Both the position numbers and the translations under genes were made by a program. From an uncultured Intestinimonas sp. (GTDB lineage Bacteria > Bacillota > Clostridia > Oscillospirales > Oscillospiraceae): 64,000 nucleotides of DNA. The stretch lies in contig CALWYC010000001.1 of NCBI GenBank assembly GCA_944385655.1, forward strand, positions 1,212 through 65,211, read 5' to 3'. Below are positions 25,698 to 34,229 of the stretch, in pieces. The notes beneath the pieces are model-generated. The model did no database searches. It worked only from the letters and a program-made list of their open reading frames with translations, and was not told the origin of the DNA. How positions within the stretch are numbered: position 1 is the stretch's first letter; each line of letters opens with the position of its first letter.

Positions 25698-25759
25698 ATA
25701 TCTACAAATCCTCCATTCTATGTGATATTATTAAACTACGTGGAAAGCGAGGTGATTTT

Positions 25760-25963
25760 ATGGACATGCACCCAGTTTCCTCAACGGACATAGCCAGCAT
25801 CGGATATGAAAACGGGACGCTCTACATCTCTTTTCGTAAGGGCGGCACCTATGCTTACTTCAATGTGCCACAGTCCGTATATGCTGGCCTCATGTCCGCA
25901 GGTTCACACGGGAAATACTTCCACGCATTTATCAAGGGTAGTTATAGCTATCGAAAACTCTAA
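25760..25963 (+). CDS. KTSC-domain protein (moron, opposite strand)
   Basis: PVSSTDIASIGYE..LYISF..GGTYAYFNVP..VYAGLMSAGSHGKYFHAFIK; RBS GAGGTG; extended -10 TGaTATTAT. Confidence 0.9.
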   Translation: MDMHPVSSTDIASIGYENGTLYISFRKGGTYAYFNVPQSVYAGLMSAGSHGKYFHAFIKGSYSYRKL

Positions 25964-26247
25964 TCTATAACTACCAGCACCACCGCGGGGCCGTTTACCG
26001 AGACCGTCACATCTTGGTACGGCTCTGCGATGTGTGTTTCTACGCCTTCCCGTTTTCTAAGTTCATCCACCAACTCACAGGTTTTAAATTCAGATAACTG
26101 CTCCCGGCTGACGGGGCGGAGGGCGGACAACCCAGCCTTGAACAGCTCATAGGATTTTTCTGCACCCTTTATCCCAACTGCGGCAACGGCTGCGTGTGCC
26201 GCAACAGCCGCCTCATACTCTTTGATAATTTCATCCCGCGTCATCAT
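25960..26247 (-). CDS. Hypothetical phage protein (chimeric; C-terminus BC1881-like)
   Basis: TCELVDELRKREGVE..PY..GPAVVLVVID C-terminus lies inside the KTSC cassette. Confidence 0.65.
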   Translation of the reverse strand: MMTRDEIIKEYEAAVAAHAAVAAVGIKGAEKSYELFKAGLSALRPVSREQLSEFKTCELVDELRKREGVETHIAEPYQDVTVSVNGPAVVLVVID

Positions 26248-26258
26248 GGCTGGGCCTC

Positions 26259-26405
26259 CTAATCATCTTCGATTTCATTCAAATCAATCAGGTCATTGCA
26301 GGAAACTGCACAACACACCATATCGACAAAATCCTCATCGTCGCAAAGTTCCAGAAGTTCACATAATCTGTTCGCTAATCGAGCAATTTCTCTTTTCATG
26401 TCCAT
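26259..26405 (-). CDS. Small acidic hypothetical protein (48 aa)
   Basis: Hand translation MDMKREIARLANRLCELLELCDDEDFVDMVCCAVSCNDLIDLNEIEDD fills the gap with coupled start and stop. Confidence 0.5.
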   Translation of the reverse strand: MDMKREIARLANRLCELLELCDDEDFVDMVCCAVSCNDLIDLNEIEDD

Positions 26406-27160
26406 TCCTCCCTGGTTAAACTTTCCCATGTGATTTGGCGGTCATCAAAATCAAAGTTATTTTCATAATCCAGCAAAGTCAGATCAAACCCAAATGAGTT
26501 TGGGCGGACAACTCTCTGATCTGACTGCATTCCCAGCAACCTGTCCCACAGGTCTGGATGATTGTCTCGCAGGTGACGGAGTTCCTTCTCTTTGGCATTG
26601 GGGCAGAAAAAGCACCCGCCTCTTGGAGCAAACTTATAGATCGGGGATAACAGACCATTCCGTTTGCAAATCTCCCGCGCCTCTGCCTGGGTAACTCTGT
26701 ATTTCTCCAACAGGGACACAGCGTTTTGGTCCATGGATTTCATGCGGTTGTCCTCGTCGTATGCAATTCCCAAATACCAAAGAGCGCCCTTGTGTTGTCG
26801 AATAAACTGGCGCAACGGAGGCAGTTTGCAGTCTCTCTTGATCGAACACCGGCCTTTTCTGGATAGTGGGAACCCATGCAATTTCCCAATGTTTGGTCCT
26901 TTTGTGATTGGCCAGTAAAAATAATCACAGAATGTTTTTTGGCTTCTCAGAACCTCAACATGAATTCCGTGATGTTCAAACCACGGGATTGCTACCGTAT
27001 GAATAAATTCTGCGTGTTCCGGGACTTCTCCGCTTGTCCTCTGATCGAACATCACCTCGCAGTAAACCATAGCTGTCAGTGGCTCCCCATGCTCCAAAGC
27101 CAGCAGAGAGGTTGCCGTACTGTCCGCTCCTCCAGACCAAGACAGAAAATATTCAGCCAT
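26396..27160 (-). CDS. PAPS-reductase-family (PP-loop) protein
   Basis: SWSGGADS PP-loop, LGIAYDE..R, PIY..RGGCFFCP. Confidence 0.85.
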   Translation of the reverse strand: MAEYFLSWSGGADSTATSLLALEHGEPLTAMVYCEVMFDQRTSGEVPEHAEFIHTVAIPWFEHHGIHVEVLRSQKTFCDYFYWPITKGPNIGKLHGFPLSRKGRCSIKRDCKLPPLRQFIRQHKGALWYLGIAYDEDNRMKSMDQNAVSLLEKYRVTQAEAREICKRNGLLSPIYKFAPRGGCFFCPNAKEKELRHLRDNHPDLWDRLLGMQSDQRVVRPNSFGFDLTLLDYENNFDFDDRQITWESLTREEWT

Positions 27161-27383
27161 TCAAAATCTCCATCTCCTCCGCGCTCAGAATCGGTGCGCG
27201 GGTATTCTGATCGGCCTCATAACAATCCTTCAGGTTCGCATTTCTGCGGCAACAGGAGCATTTCTGGTGCCTTCCCTTCCAGCGCGACATCCATTGCAGC
27301 ACTCCGGGTAAGGCATCACCCCCGCATCCGTCAGCGGCGTTTTCTTTCTCACCGATCACTTTTTCAGTCAAACCCATGTTCAT
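27153..27383 (-). CDS. Hypothetical protein
   Basis: Small ORF with RBS GGAGGA bridging the flanking genes; CSCCRR motif. Confidence 0.4.
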   Translation of the reverse strand: MNMGLTEKVIGEKENAADGCGGDALPGVLQWMSRWKGRHQKCSCCRRNANLKDCYEADQNTRAPILSAEEMEILNG

Positions 27384-27741
27384 TTTCCTCCTTCTTGGGT
27401 GGCGGCATCCGATAAAGCACCTGCCACATCCGGTCCGCCGCCTCCAGCGCCTCCTGTGTTTTGCCTGCTTTTCGGGCCTTGGCAAAGTCGCCGGCCGGTC
27501 CTTCCACCTCGACCCATAACCGGACGTTATGCCGAATCAGAGCGTCATCCAGCATCAGACTGTCGTATATCCGCAGCAGTCTCCGCTTCTCCCGCTTCCC
27601 CTGCTCCCGGTCGATCATCCCGCATCGGTAAGACCCATGCAGAGCCCGGAAGCATTCAAACAGCCACACCTGGGCCGAAGAGAGTCCGTCCGGCATCACC
27701 GCTCCCACCATAGCTAGATCTTCCAGCTCATCCGGCGTCAT
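27364..27741 (-). CDS. Hypothetical phage protein
   Basis: 125-aa ORF coupled to RusA. Confidence 0.7.
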   Translation of the reverse strand: MTPDELEDLAMVGAVMPDGLSSAQVWLFECFRALHGSYRCGMIDREQGKREKRRLLRIYDSLMLDDALIRHNVRLWVEVEGPAGDFAKARKAGKTQEALEAADRMWQVLYRMPPPKKEENEHGFD

Positions 27742-28130
27742 AGGGTGCTCACCTGGATATAGATCCCAGGCACCTCCGCCCAGAACTTCTCGCAGATCTC
27801 GCTGGCCACCTGGGCATCGTCTTTCCAGAACCCCTCAGCCGTCATACAGTCCTTGAGCAGCTTCTGAAGATTGTCTGTATCAGGCTTGGTGGTCCGGTAA
27901 GACCCATTGACATGACTGCCGCGGGGGAAACACCACTTGACCAGCAGCCGTACACCGCCCTTGATCGGCTCCGCCGGCGCGTACCGGCTCAGGTAGGACC
28001 GCAGCTTTGCCCGTGCCGCCCGCAGCTCTTCCGGCTCGTAAAAGACCGGCTTGCCGTTGACCACATGCACCGCCTTCTCCTGGTGGGTCACCGTGGGCGG
28101 GATCATGGCCATGAAGAAATCAAGATTCAT
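27738..28130 (-). CDS. rusA: RusA-family Holliday junction resolvase
   Basis: TKPDTDNLQKLLKDCM..FWKDDAQV. Confidence 0.9.
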   Translation of the reverse strand: MNLDFFMAMIPPTVTHQEKAVHVVNGKPVFYEPEELRAARAKLRSYLSRYAPAEPIKGGVRLLVKWCFPRGSHVNGSYRTTKPDTDNLQKLLKDCMTAEGFWKDDAQVASEICEKFWAEVPGIYIQVSTL

Positions 28131-28401
28131 AGTCGACGCCTACCCACATCCCGCTTTCGCGGTCATACTTGATGTACCCGATCCTCGCCAGCAAATCAAA
28201 CAGATACTGCATACAGCTTTTGTTCCGCCCGATCCAGGAAAGCACTTCGTCAGCGTATTCTCTGTACTCCTCGTTGGGATATTTCCGATACAGCGGCGGC
28301 ATTGCCTTTGCTGCCTCCAATCGCTTGTCTCGGCATTTCATTTGCCTGGCCATATTCTTCATCTCGCTAAAGCGTTCTTCATCAGAAAAGTCTTTTGTCA
28401 A
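28120..28401 (-). CDS. Hypothetical phage protein
   Basis: AKAMPPLY..YLFD..GYIKYD..GMWVGVDY. Confidence 0.7.
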   Translation of the reverse strand: MTKDFSDEERFSEMKNMARQMKCRDKRLEAAKAMPPLYRKYPNEEYREYADEVLSWIGRNKSCMQYLFDLLARIGYIKYDRESGMWVGVDYES

Positions 28402-28514
28402 CGGGCAGGGGAAGAAGGGCGGCGGGCGTGAGCTTTCGCCCGCCTTCTTTCCCCCGTTGACCGTCAGGGAAAATCCGAAAACTATACGAAGTATATAGGC
28501 GTTTTCCTTCCCTG

Positions 28515-28620
28515 GGAAAAAGTCGGCGTTTACCGATATTTTCTCTCATAGGGAAAAAGTCGAAATTCATCGATATTTTCCCTCATATGGAAAAAGTCGA
28601 AATTCATCGATATTTTCCCT
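28515..28620. repeat. Three 37-bp-period AT-rich direct repeats; probable replication origin iterons
   Basis: GGAAAAAGTCG..CGATATTTTC(T/C)CT at 28515, 28552 and 28589, immediately after the primase-helicase stop. Confidence 0.75.
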
Positions 28621-30844
28621 AAAACCGGCGGGGGCGTTCCTCCTCTCTCCTCTCCCTCTTTCTTCCAATTTTCCCGCCATCCACCCAGAAGCCGCCGTGT
28701 TCTTTGAGCCGGTTTCGGGCCGTTTTTTCGGTTACTCCCAGGTACTCGGCCAGCTCTTCCAGCGTGACCTCCTCCCCCATTCCGCAGGCTTCAAAGGCGG
28801 TCTCAATGGAGGCCTTACGATCCTCTTTTTTCGCCTCCGGATCCCGTCGCTTTTTGAAATTCTTCTGCCAGCTGGGGGCAGTCTCCTCCGGATCAATATC
28901 AGCCAGAGCGCCGCTTTCGTCGGTCCGATGGACCGGGAAGGAAAACCACAGATTCACCGGCGGGAACTTGGGGAACTCACGCAGCGTCCCCTCCACCCTC
29001 CAGGCGGTCTGGCTGCCTGCCGCGCGCCGGGCCTGCTCCGCCGCCGCGCCCGTCCATCCGGGCATCAGCTCCTCACAGGCCGCCACGGCTGCGCGCTGGC
29101 TGCACAGGTCGTCCCGGGATACCTCACGCAGCTTCCCAGCCCGCTCCAGCGCCTGGGTACAGGCGGCGCACACCGCGTTGTTCTCCTCCTGCTTCCGCAG
29201 ATCCTCCCCCACCGGCAGCTCGATGAGGTCCAGCAGGGCGTCCGGGTCGCGGGCAAACACGCCGGAGCCGGACGCCCGGTCCATGGACTTCTTGCCGCCC
29301 TGGCTGCCCTTGGAATGATGGTGGCAGTAGATCACCGCGCAACCAAGCTCGGTACACACCTTGTCAAACTGGTTGCAGAAGGCCGCCATCTGATCGGCGC
29401 TGTTCTCGTCGCCGGTGATGACCTTATAAATGGGATCGATGACCACCGCAATGTAATTTTCTTTTAACGCCCGGCGGATGAGCTTAGGCGCCAGCTTGTC
29501 CATGGGCACCGAGCGGCCGCGCAGGTTCCAGACCACGATGTTGGAAAGGGACTTGGGCGGCCAATGGAGGGCGTCGTACACGTCACGGAATCGGTGGAGG
29601 CAGGAGGGCCGGTCCAGCTCCAGATTGACATACAGCACCTTTCCCCTGGCACATGGGAAACCCAGCCAGTTCCTTCCCTCGGCAATGGCGATACACAGCT
29701 CGATGAGGGCATAGGACTTGCCCGCTTTGGAGGGCCCTGCCAGCAGCATCTTATGCCCCTGCCGCAGCACGCCGTCGATGAGGGGCGGAGCCAGTGGGGG
29801 CAATTCATCCCACACGGACGCCATACTCTCCGGGTCGGGCAAATCATCGTTGACGCTCTCGATCCACTCTACCCACTCATTCCAGGAAGCCTTGCCCAGG
29901 TTGGTATCCACCAAAAACTGCTTGTGTCCCTTGCGGAGCACGCCGGGCATCCGGGACAGCCGGGAGGGGTTGCGGTTCTGGCGGTCTATGTCCAGTCCGT
30001 TTTTCCGGCACACCTCATAGAGGTAGTCCACTCGCTTGCGGTACTCCTCATAGCTGCCCGCCTCCACCCGCACGATGGCGTGCAAGCTCTTGCCACCCGA
30101 GTGGACCAGACAGGCCACCGGAAGCTCCAGGGCGCGGATGACGGCATTTTGCTCTTCAATGGGCATGGAGTCCGACTCCACCAGGGCATAACGGAACTCG
30201 GTGACGTTCTCATTTTTGCACCCGTTTCCGTCCAGGGGGTTGAAGCGGATCCATGCACCCGCCTCATTCTGGCAGTCTCCCAACACGCTTCCTATGTCTC
30301 CTCCGCACCGGCTTAGGGCCTCGATCAGCTCCCCGGCGGTGCGGTCCCAGCAGCCTTTGGTGGGCAGGAACTTCCCTTCCTTCTCCCAGCTCTCGGTGAC
30401 ATAACCCACATTTTCCCCTGCCTCAAAGAGGGTCTCCAGATAGGTGGTCAGCTCCTTCACCGGGTCCCAGTGGTCCGGCTCGGTCACCTCCCGGCCTTCC
30501 AGCCAGGCGTGGTCAACCACCACCTGATCTCCGCCGGCGCCGATGGTATCCCCCCAACCCAACTCAAATCCGCATTCGATACGGGGTGGCTGCCAACCCC
30601 GTTCCCGGGCCATCTGTACGATGGTTCCAGCGGTGACCGGCGTTCCCGAGCCGTGAAAGCTGTTCCACTTCCGGGCGCACTCCCCGGGGTGATATCGTGC
30701 GCCGTCCCTCCGGCTCCAATCCTCCCAGTCCTGGGCGGTATATCCGGCTTGATGGAGTCCCATACCTACGCTGATCCATTCCTGATATGACAGCTCTGCC
30801 GGGTCGATCCAGGTCAGGATCTCCAGCAAGTCCGTTTGTTCCAT
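28619..30844 (-). CDS. Primase-helicase (PriCT-2 plus RepA-like AAA_25)
   Basis: YQEWISVGMGL..WEDWS PriCT-2; VHSGGKSLH; Walker A GPSKAGKS; VVIDP; HHHSKG. Confidence 0.9.
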   Translation of the reverse strand: MEQTDLLEILTWIDPAELSYQEWISVGMGLHQAGYTAQDWEDWSRRDGARYHPGECARKWNSFHGSGTPVTAGTIVQMARERGWQPPRIECGFELGWGDTIGAGGDQVVVDHAWLEGREVTEPDHWDPVKELTTYLETLFEAGENVGYVTESWEKEGKFLPTKGCWDRTAGELIEALSRCGGDIGSVLGDCQNEAGAWIRFNPLDGNGCKNENVTEFRYALVESDSMPIEEQNAVIRALELPVACLVHSGGKSLHAIVRVEAGSYEEYRKRVDYLYEVCRKNGLDIDRQNRNPSRLSRMPGVLRKGHKQFLVDTNLGKASWNEWVEWIESVNDDLPDPESMASVWDELPPLAPPLIDGVLRQGHKMLLAGPSKAGKSYALIELCIAIAEGRNWLGFPCARGKVLYVNLELDRPSCLHRFRDVYDALHWPPKSLSNIVVWNLRGRSVPMDKLAPKLIRRALKENYIAVVIDPIYKVITGDENSADQMAAFCNQFDKVCTELGCAVIYCHHHSKGSQGGKKSMDRASGSGVFARDPDALLDLIELPVGEDLRKQEENNAVCAACTQALERAGKLREVSRDDLCSQRAAVAACEELMPGWTGAAAEQARRAAGSQTAWRVEGTLREFPKFPPVNLWFSFPVHRTDESGALADIDPEETAPSWQKNFKKRRDPEAKKEDRKASIETAFEACGMGEEVTLEELAEYLGVTEKTARNRLKEHGGFWVDGGKIGRKRERREEERPRRF

Positions 30845-30847
30845 CTC

Positions 30848-32434
30848 TTATCCCCCTTCCGGGTTATAAATGGCCGGGTCAATGCCCGACGGGGTGCGCC
30901 AGCCGTTGGCCGCGATGCGGTCTATGAGATGCTTGGCGCTGTCAAAGGACCAGGTACCGACATGCTGAAAACCACGTCCTTCCAAAAACCGGATCTGCTT
31001 GGGCGTGGTGAGTCCCTGGTCGATGCGCTCCCCCAGACGGCTGAGCAATTTTTCAGCATGCCCGGCGCTTTCAACCTGGTCGGGCAGGATACCCAGCTTC
31101 TCAAGGCTGCGCTGCTGGTCCTCGCTGGGCGGCTGGCTCTCCCATCCGAAGGTGGGCACATAGCCGCTCAGATCCTCCGCCTGGATGCTCATGGCAAACT
31201 GGAGTGGATCCACCAGCCGCTTCTTCCGACGGCGCATCTCGTGGAGCTGCTTGGCCAAGGCTTCCTCCCGCTGTGCCACTACTTCCTCGCTGGCCTTCTT
31301 CTCCCCTTCCACCAGATCCACCGGAGCGCCGGCAACTTCCACGTTCTCCGTCATCTTACGGGCCACCTCGTCGCTCTCGCAGATGAGGTGGGCCGGGTGG
31401 CACAGCTCGTGCCGCTCGGTATGCCATAAAAAGTCCAGGAGTAAGAGGTGGTCTTTACCGGGCGAGAGCCTGGTGCCACGGCCCACCATCTGGCTATATA
31501 AGCTGCGCACCTTGGTGGGCCGAAGCACCACCACACAATCCACCGACGGGCAATCCCACCCTTCCGTGAGCAGCATGGAGTTGCACAGCACGTCATAACG
31601 GCCGTCCGAAAAGTCGGAGAGCACCTGTGCCCGATCAGGGCTGTTTCCGTTGACCTCAGCAGCGGTCAGCCCGTGGGCGGTGAGGATGTCCCGGAATTTC
31701 TGACTGGTCTTGACCAGCGGAAGAAAGACTACCGTCTTACGGCCCCGGCAATATTGGACCATCTCGGCGGCGATCTGCTCCAAATAGGGGTCCAGGGCGG
31801 TTCCCAGGTCTCCAACCTTGAAGTCTCCGTTTTGGATGCCCACCGCGCCCAGATCCAGCCGGAGAGGGATGGTCAGGGCCTTGATGGGAGCCAGATACCC
31901 CTCCTTGATGGCTTTGGGCAGTGTGTACTCATAGGCCAGGGATTCAAAGACCTGACCCAGGTTGCGCATATCGCCCCGGTCCGGTGTGGCAGTGACACCC
32001 AGCACCTTCGCCTCCTTAAAATGGTCCAGCACACGGAGATAGCCCTCCGAGAGGACGTGGTGGGCCTCATCAATGACGATGGTCTGGAAATAGCCGCTCG
32101 TAAAACCCGCCAGACGCTTGGGTCGCATAAGGGACTGGACGGAGCCCACCGTCACCCGGTACCAGCTGCCCAGGGCGGACTGCTGGGCCTGCTCCACCGC
32201 GCAGCGAAGCCCGGTAGCGGAGAGAAGCTTGTCCGCCGCCTGGGTCAGCAGCTCCCCCCGATGGGCCAGAACCAGGACCCGGTCTCCGGAGCGCACCCGG
32301 TCCTCGATGATCTTGGAAAAGACGATGGTCTTTCCGCAGCCGGTGGGCAGGACCAGAAGGGTACGATTTACCCCTCTGGCCCATTCCCTCTCTACCGCCG
32401 TGCGGGCCTCCTGTTGATAGGGTCTGAGCTCCAT
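30848..32434 (-). CDS. SF2 DEAH-box helicase
   Basis: PTGCGKT, DEAH, TATP, LTEGWD, QMVGRGTR. Confidence 0.95.
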   Translation of the reverse strand: MELRPYQQEARTAVEREWARGVNRTLLVLPTGCGKTIVFSKIIEDRVRSGDRVLVLAHRGELLTQAADKLLSATGLRCAVEQAQQSALGSWYRVTVGSVQSLMRPKRLAGFTSGYFQTIVIDEAHHVLSEGYLRVLDHFKEAKVLGVTATPDRGDMRNLGQVFESLAYEYTLPKAIKEGYLAPIKALTIPLRLDLGAVGIQNGDFKVGDLGTALDPYLEQIAAEMVQYCRGRKTVVFLPLVKTSQKFRDILTAHGLTAAEVNGNSPDRAQVLSDFSDGRYDVLCNSMLLTEGWDCPSVDCVVVLRPTKVRSLYSQMVGRGTRLSPGKDHLLLLDFLWHTERHELCHPAHLICESDEVARKMTENVEVAGAPVDLVEGEKKASEEVVAQREEALAKQLHEMRRRKKRLVDPLQFAMSIQAEDLSGYVPTFGWESQPPSEDQQRSLEKLGILPDQVESAGHAEKLLSRLGERIDQGLTTPKQIRFLEGRGFQHVGTWSFDSAKHLIDRIAANGWRTPSGIDPAIYNPEGG

Positions 32435-32437
32435 GGC

Positions 32438-32938
32438 TTAAAACCGTCCTGCCTGATAGGTCTGCGTCTGGGCGGAGACAGAAGCAGGACGGGATACAGC
32501 ATTCTCTTCCGGCTCCAGAAAGCGGGACACATCGTTGATGGTGCGCTCTTCGCCCTTGTCATTGGTGTACTTGCGTACCGTCAGATGAGCGCGGCCCCTG
32601 GCGCCGGGGACGGCGTTCCAGTTCATGGCGATCCGCTCCCCGTGGCGGCGCTGGCCGATGGAGGTGAAGAAGGCGCACAGCAGACCCTCCACACTGGAGT
32701 GGAGATAGAGCTTATGCTTGATGGTGGTGGTACCCTCCGGCGCGTCGAACCGGAGGGAAAGCACTGCCATATTGCAGGGAGGGAGCTTGGCCTTTGCACT
32801 GGGCTGGTAGCGGCCACGCTCGAAGGAGACCACCTCAAAGTTGTAATCTCCCTCGGGCAGGGTCACATACTCCGGCCCATCGTTTTCGATCTGGGCGTTC
32901 CATTCCAGCTCATAACCGATGTGATTCATGTCGTTCAT
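32438..32938 (-). CDS. Phage single-stranded DNA-binding protein (DUF669-like)
   Basis: LPEGDYNFEV..LCAFFTSIG..NDVSRF; lies between Sak4-like ATPase and helicase. Confidence 0.75.
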   Translation of the reverse strand: MNDMNHIGYELEWNAQIENDGPEYVTLPEGDYNFEVVSFERGRYQPSAKAKLPPCNMAVLSLRFDAPEGTTTIKHKLYLHSSVEGLLCAFFTSIGQRRHGERIAMNWNAVPGARGRAHLTVRKYTNDKGEERTINDVSRFLEPEENAVSRPASVSAQTQTYQAGRF

Positions 32939-32963
32939 AAGTACAGTTCCTCCTCAGGTTGAA

Positions 32964-34031
32964 TTAAAAGGGCAGCGGATGAGCTTCGGCGATCATGGCA
33001 TAGACTTGATCCCACGCCCCGATCAGTACGCCGGTCACGAAGTCCTCGGGGTAATCCTCAATGGGCATATCCGACGGGAAATAGCCCCGCTGCCCCACCA
33101 CTGCCTGTACCTCTTCCGGTTCCACTCCTCTTTCCTGCATGAGTGCGTACAGTTTAGCCAGATGGGGCGGGAGATTTTTTCCTTCAGCCGGTTCCGGAAT
33201 AGGCGGATTCGGCTGAGGCACAGGAGGCATCGGCTCCGGCATGGCCGGCTCCGGCTGTACTTCCGGTACCGGCGCCACCGTTTTCTGCGTGGGCGGTTCT
33301 CCCTTCCGGTCCTCGATCACATGTGCGATGGCCGAAAAGTCAAAGGGCAGCTCTTCCGTCAGGTCAAAGCGATTCTTGGCATCCCAGCAGGGATGGTGGG
33401 TGGTGTACATGATCCGCCGGCCGCCCTGGACCTTGTTCTTCCCCTTCAAGGCGCCCTGCCCGTCCACATTGACCACGGTGGTCTTGTAGTTGGCAAAGAG
33501 CACCATGTCCGCCCACTCCATCAGCAGCGGCGCGGTGGACTTCTGGAGCTTCAGTTCCCAGCGGTCATAGGCTCCCAGCTCGTCGGGCTGCTCGAACTTG
33601 CGCATTTTGGCGTGGGCGGTGACCACCACATGGACCCCACGGTCCACCACCTCTTCCAGAAGGTTGAGGAGCTTCCCAAAATACTCCGCCAGATAGACAT
33701 AGCCCTTGCCATAGCCGAAGTCCTCAATACCGGTCTTCTTGGTGCGGGCGCACAGATCAGCGGCGCACAGCTGCTCGGCCCAGTCAGCGGTGTCCACCAC
33801 CAGGGTGCCGTATGCGTCGGGGTGGTCCCTGAACCACCGACACTGCTCCAGCAGCATGGCAAAGCTGGAGGGCCTGGGAGTCCTGTGGACATCCATGTGC
33901 CGGGTGCTGCCCTCGGTGTCAATGAACACCGGCCGGGGGAAGTGGGAGGCGAAGGTGGTCTTCCCGATCCCCTCCGGCCCGTAAATGCAGGTCTTAATGG
34001 CGCTCTGCTGCCGTCCCGTGATGATTTCCAT
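32964..34031 (-). CDS. Sak4-like AAA_24 ATPase (annealase)
   Basis: YGPEGIGKT, FIDTEGS, LVVDT, GYGKGY, AKNR. Confidence 0.9.
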   Translation of the reverse strand: MEIITGRQQSAIKTCIYGPEGIGKTTFASHFPRPVFIDTEGSTRHMDVHRTPRPSSFAMLLEQCRWFRDHPDAYGTLVVDTADWAEQLCAADLCARTKKTGIEDFGYGKGYVYLAEYFGKLLNLLEEVVDRGVHVVVTAHAKMRKFEQPDELGAYDRWELKLQKSTAPLLMEWADMVLFANYKTTVVNVDGQGALKGKNKVQGGRRIMYTTHHPCWDAKNRFDLTEELPFDFSAIAHVIEDRKGEPPTQKTVAPVPEVQPEPAMPEPMPPVPQPNPPIPEPAEGKNLPPHLAKLYALMQERGVEPEEVQAVVGQRGYFPSDMPIEDYPEDFVTGVLIGAWDQVYAMIAEAHPLPF

Positions 34032-34034
34032 AGA

Positions 34035-34229
34035 TCACTCCTCCTCGATCTTGACGCGCTCCAATGCGAAATTCACGAGCAAGTTGGCGACCTCGGACAA
34101 AGGACGGTTCGTCTGCTCCGCCAACGCCTTCACTCTTGCATGGGTCTCATTGGAGACCTTCAAAGGCTTGACATAGTCCTCATATCCGAACATGATGCGC
34201 TTGATCACCAAAATGTCTTTTTCCATCAC
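34035..34229 (-). CDS. Small ribbon-helix-helix-like protein
   Basis: LKVSNETHARVKALAEQTNRPLSEVANLLVNFAL. Confidence 0.65.
   Translation of the reverse strand: MMEKDILVIKRIMFGYEDYVKPLKVSNETHARVKALAEQTNRPLSEVANLLVNFALERVKIEEE

Noticed and set aside
28515-28620. CRISPR mini-array
   Set aside because: The repeats are contiguous with no unique spacers and there are no cas genes; the position fits origin iterons.
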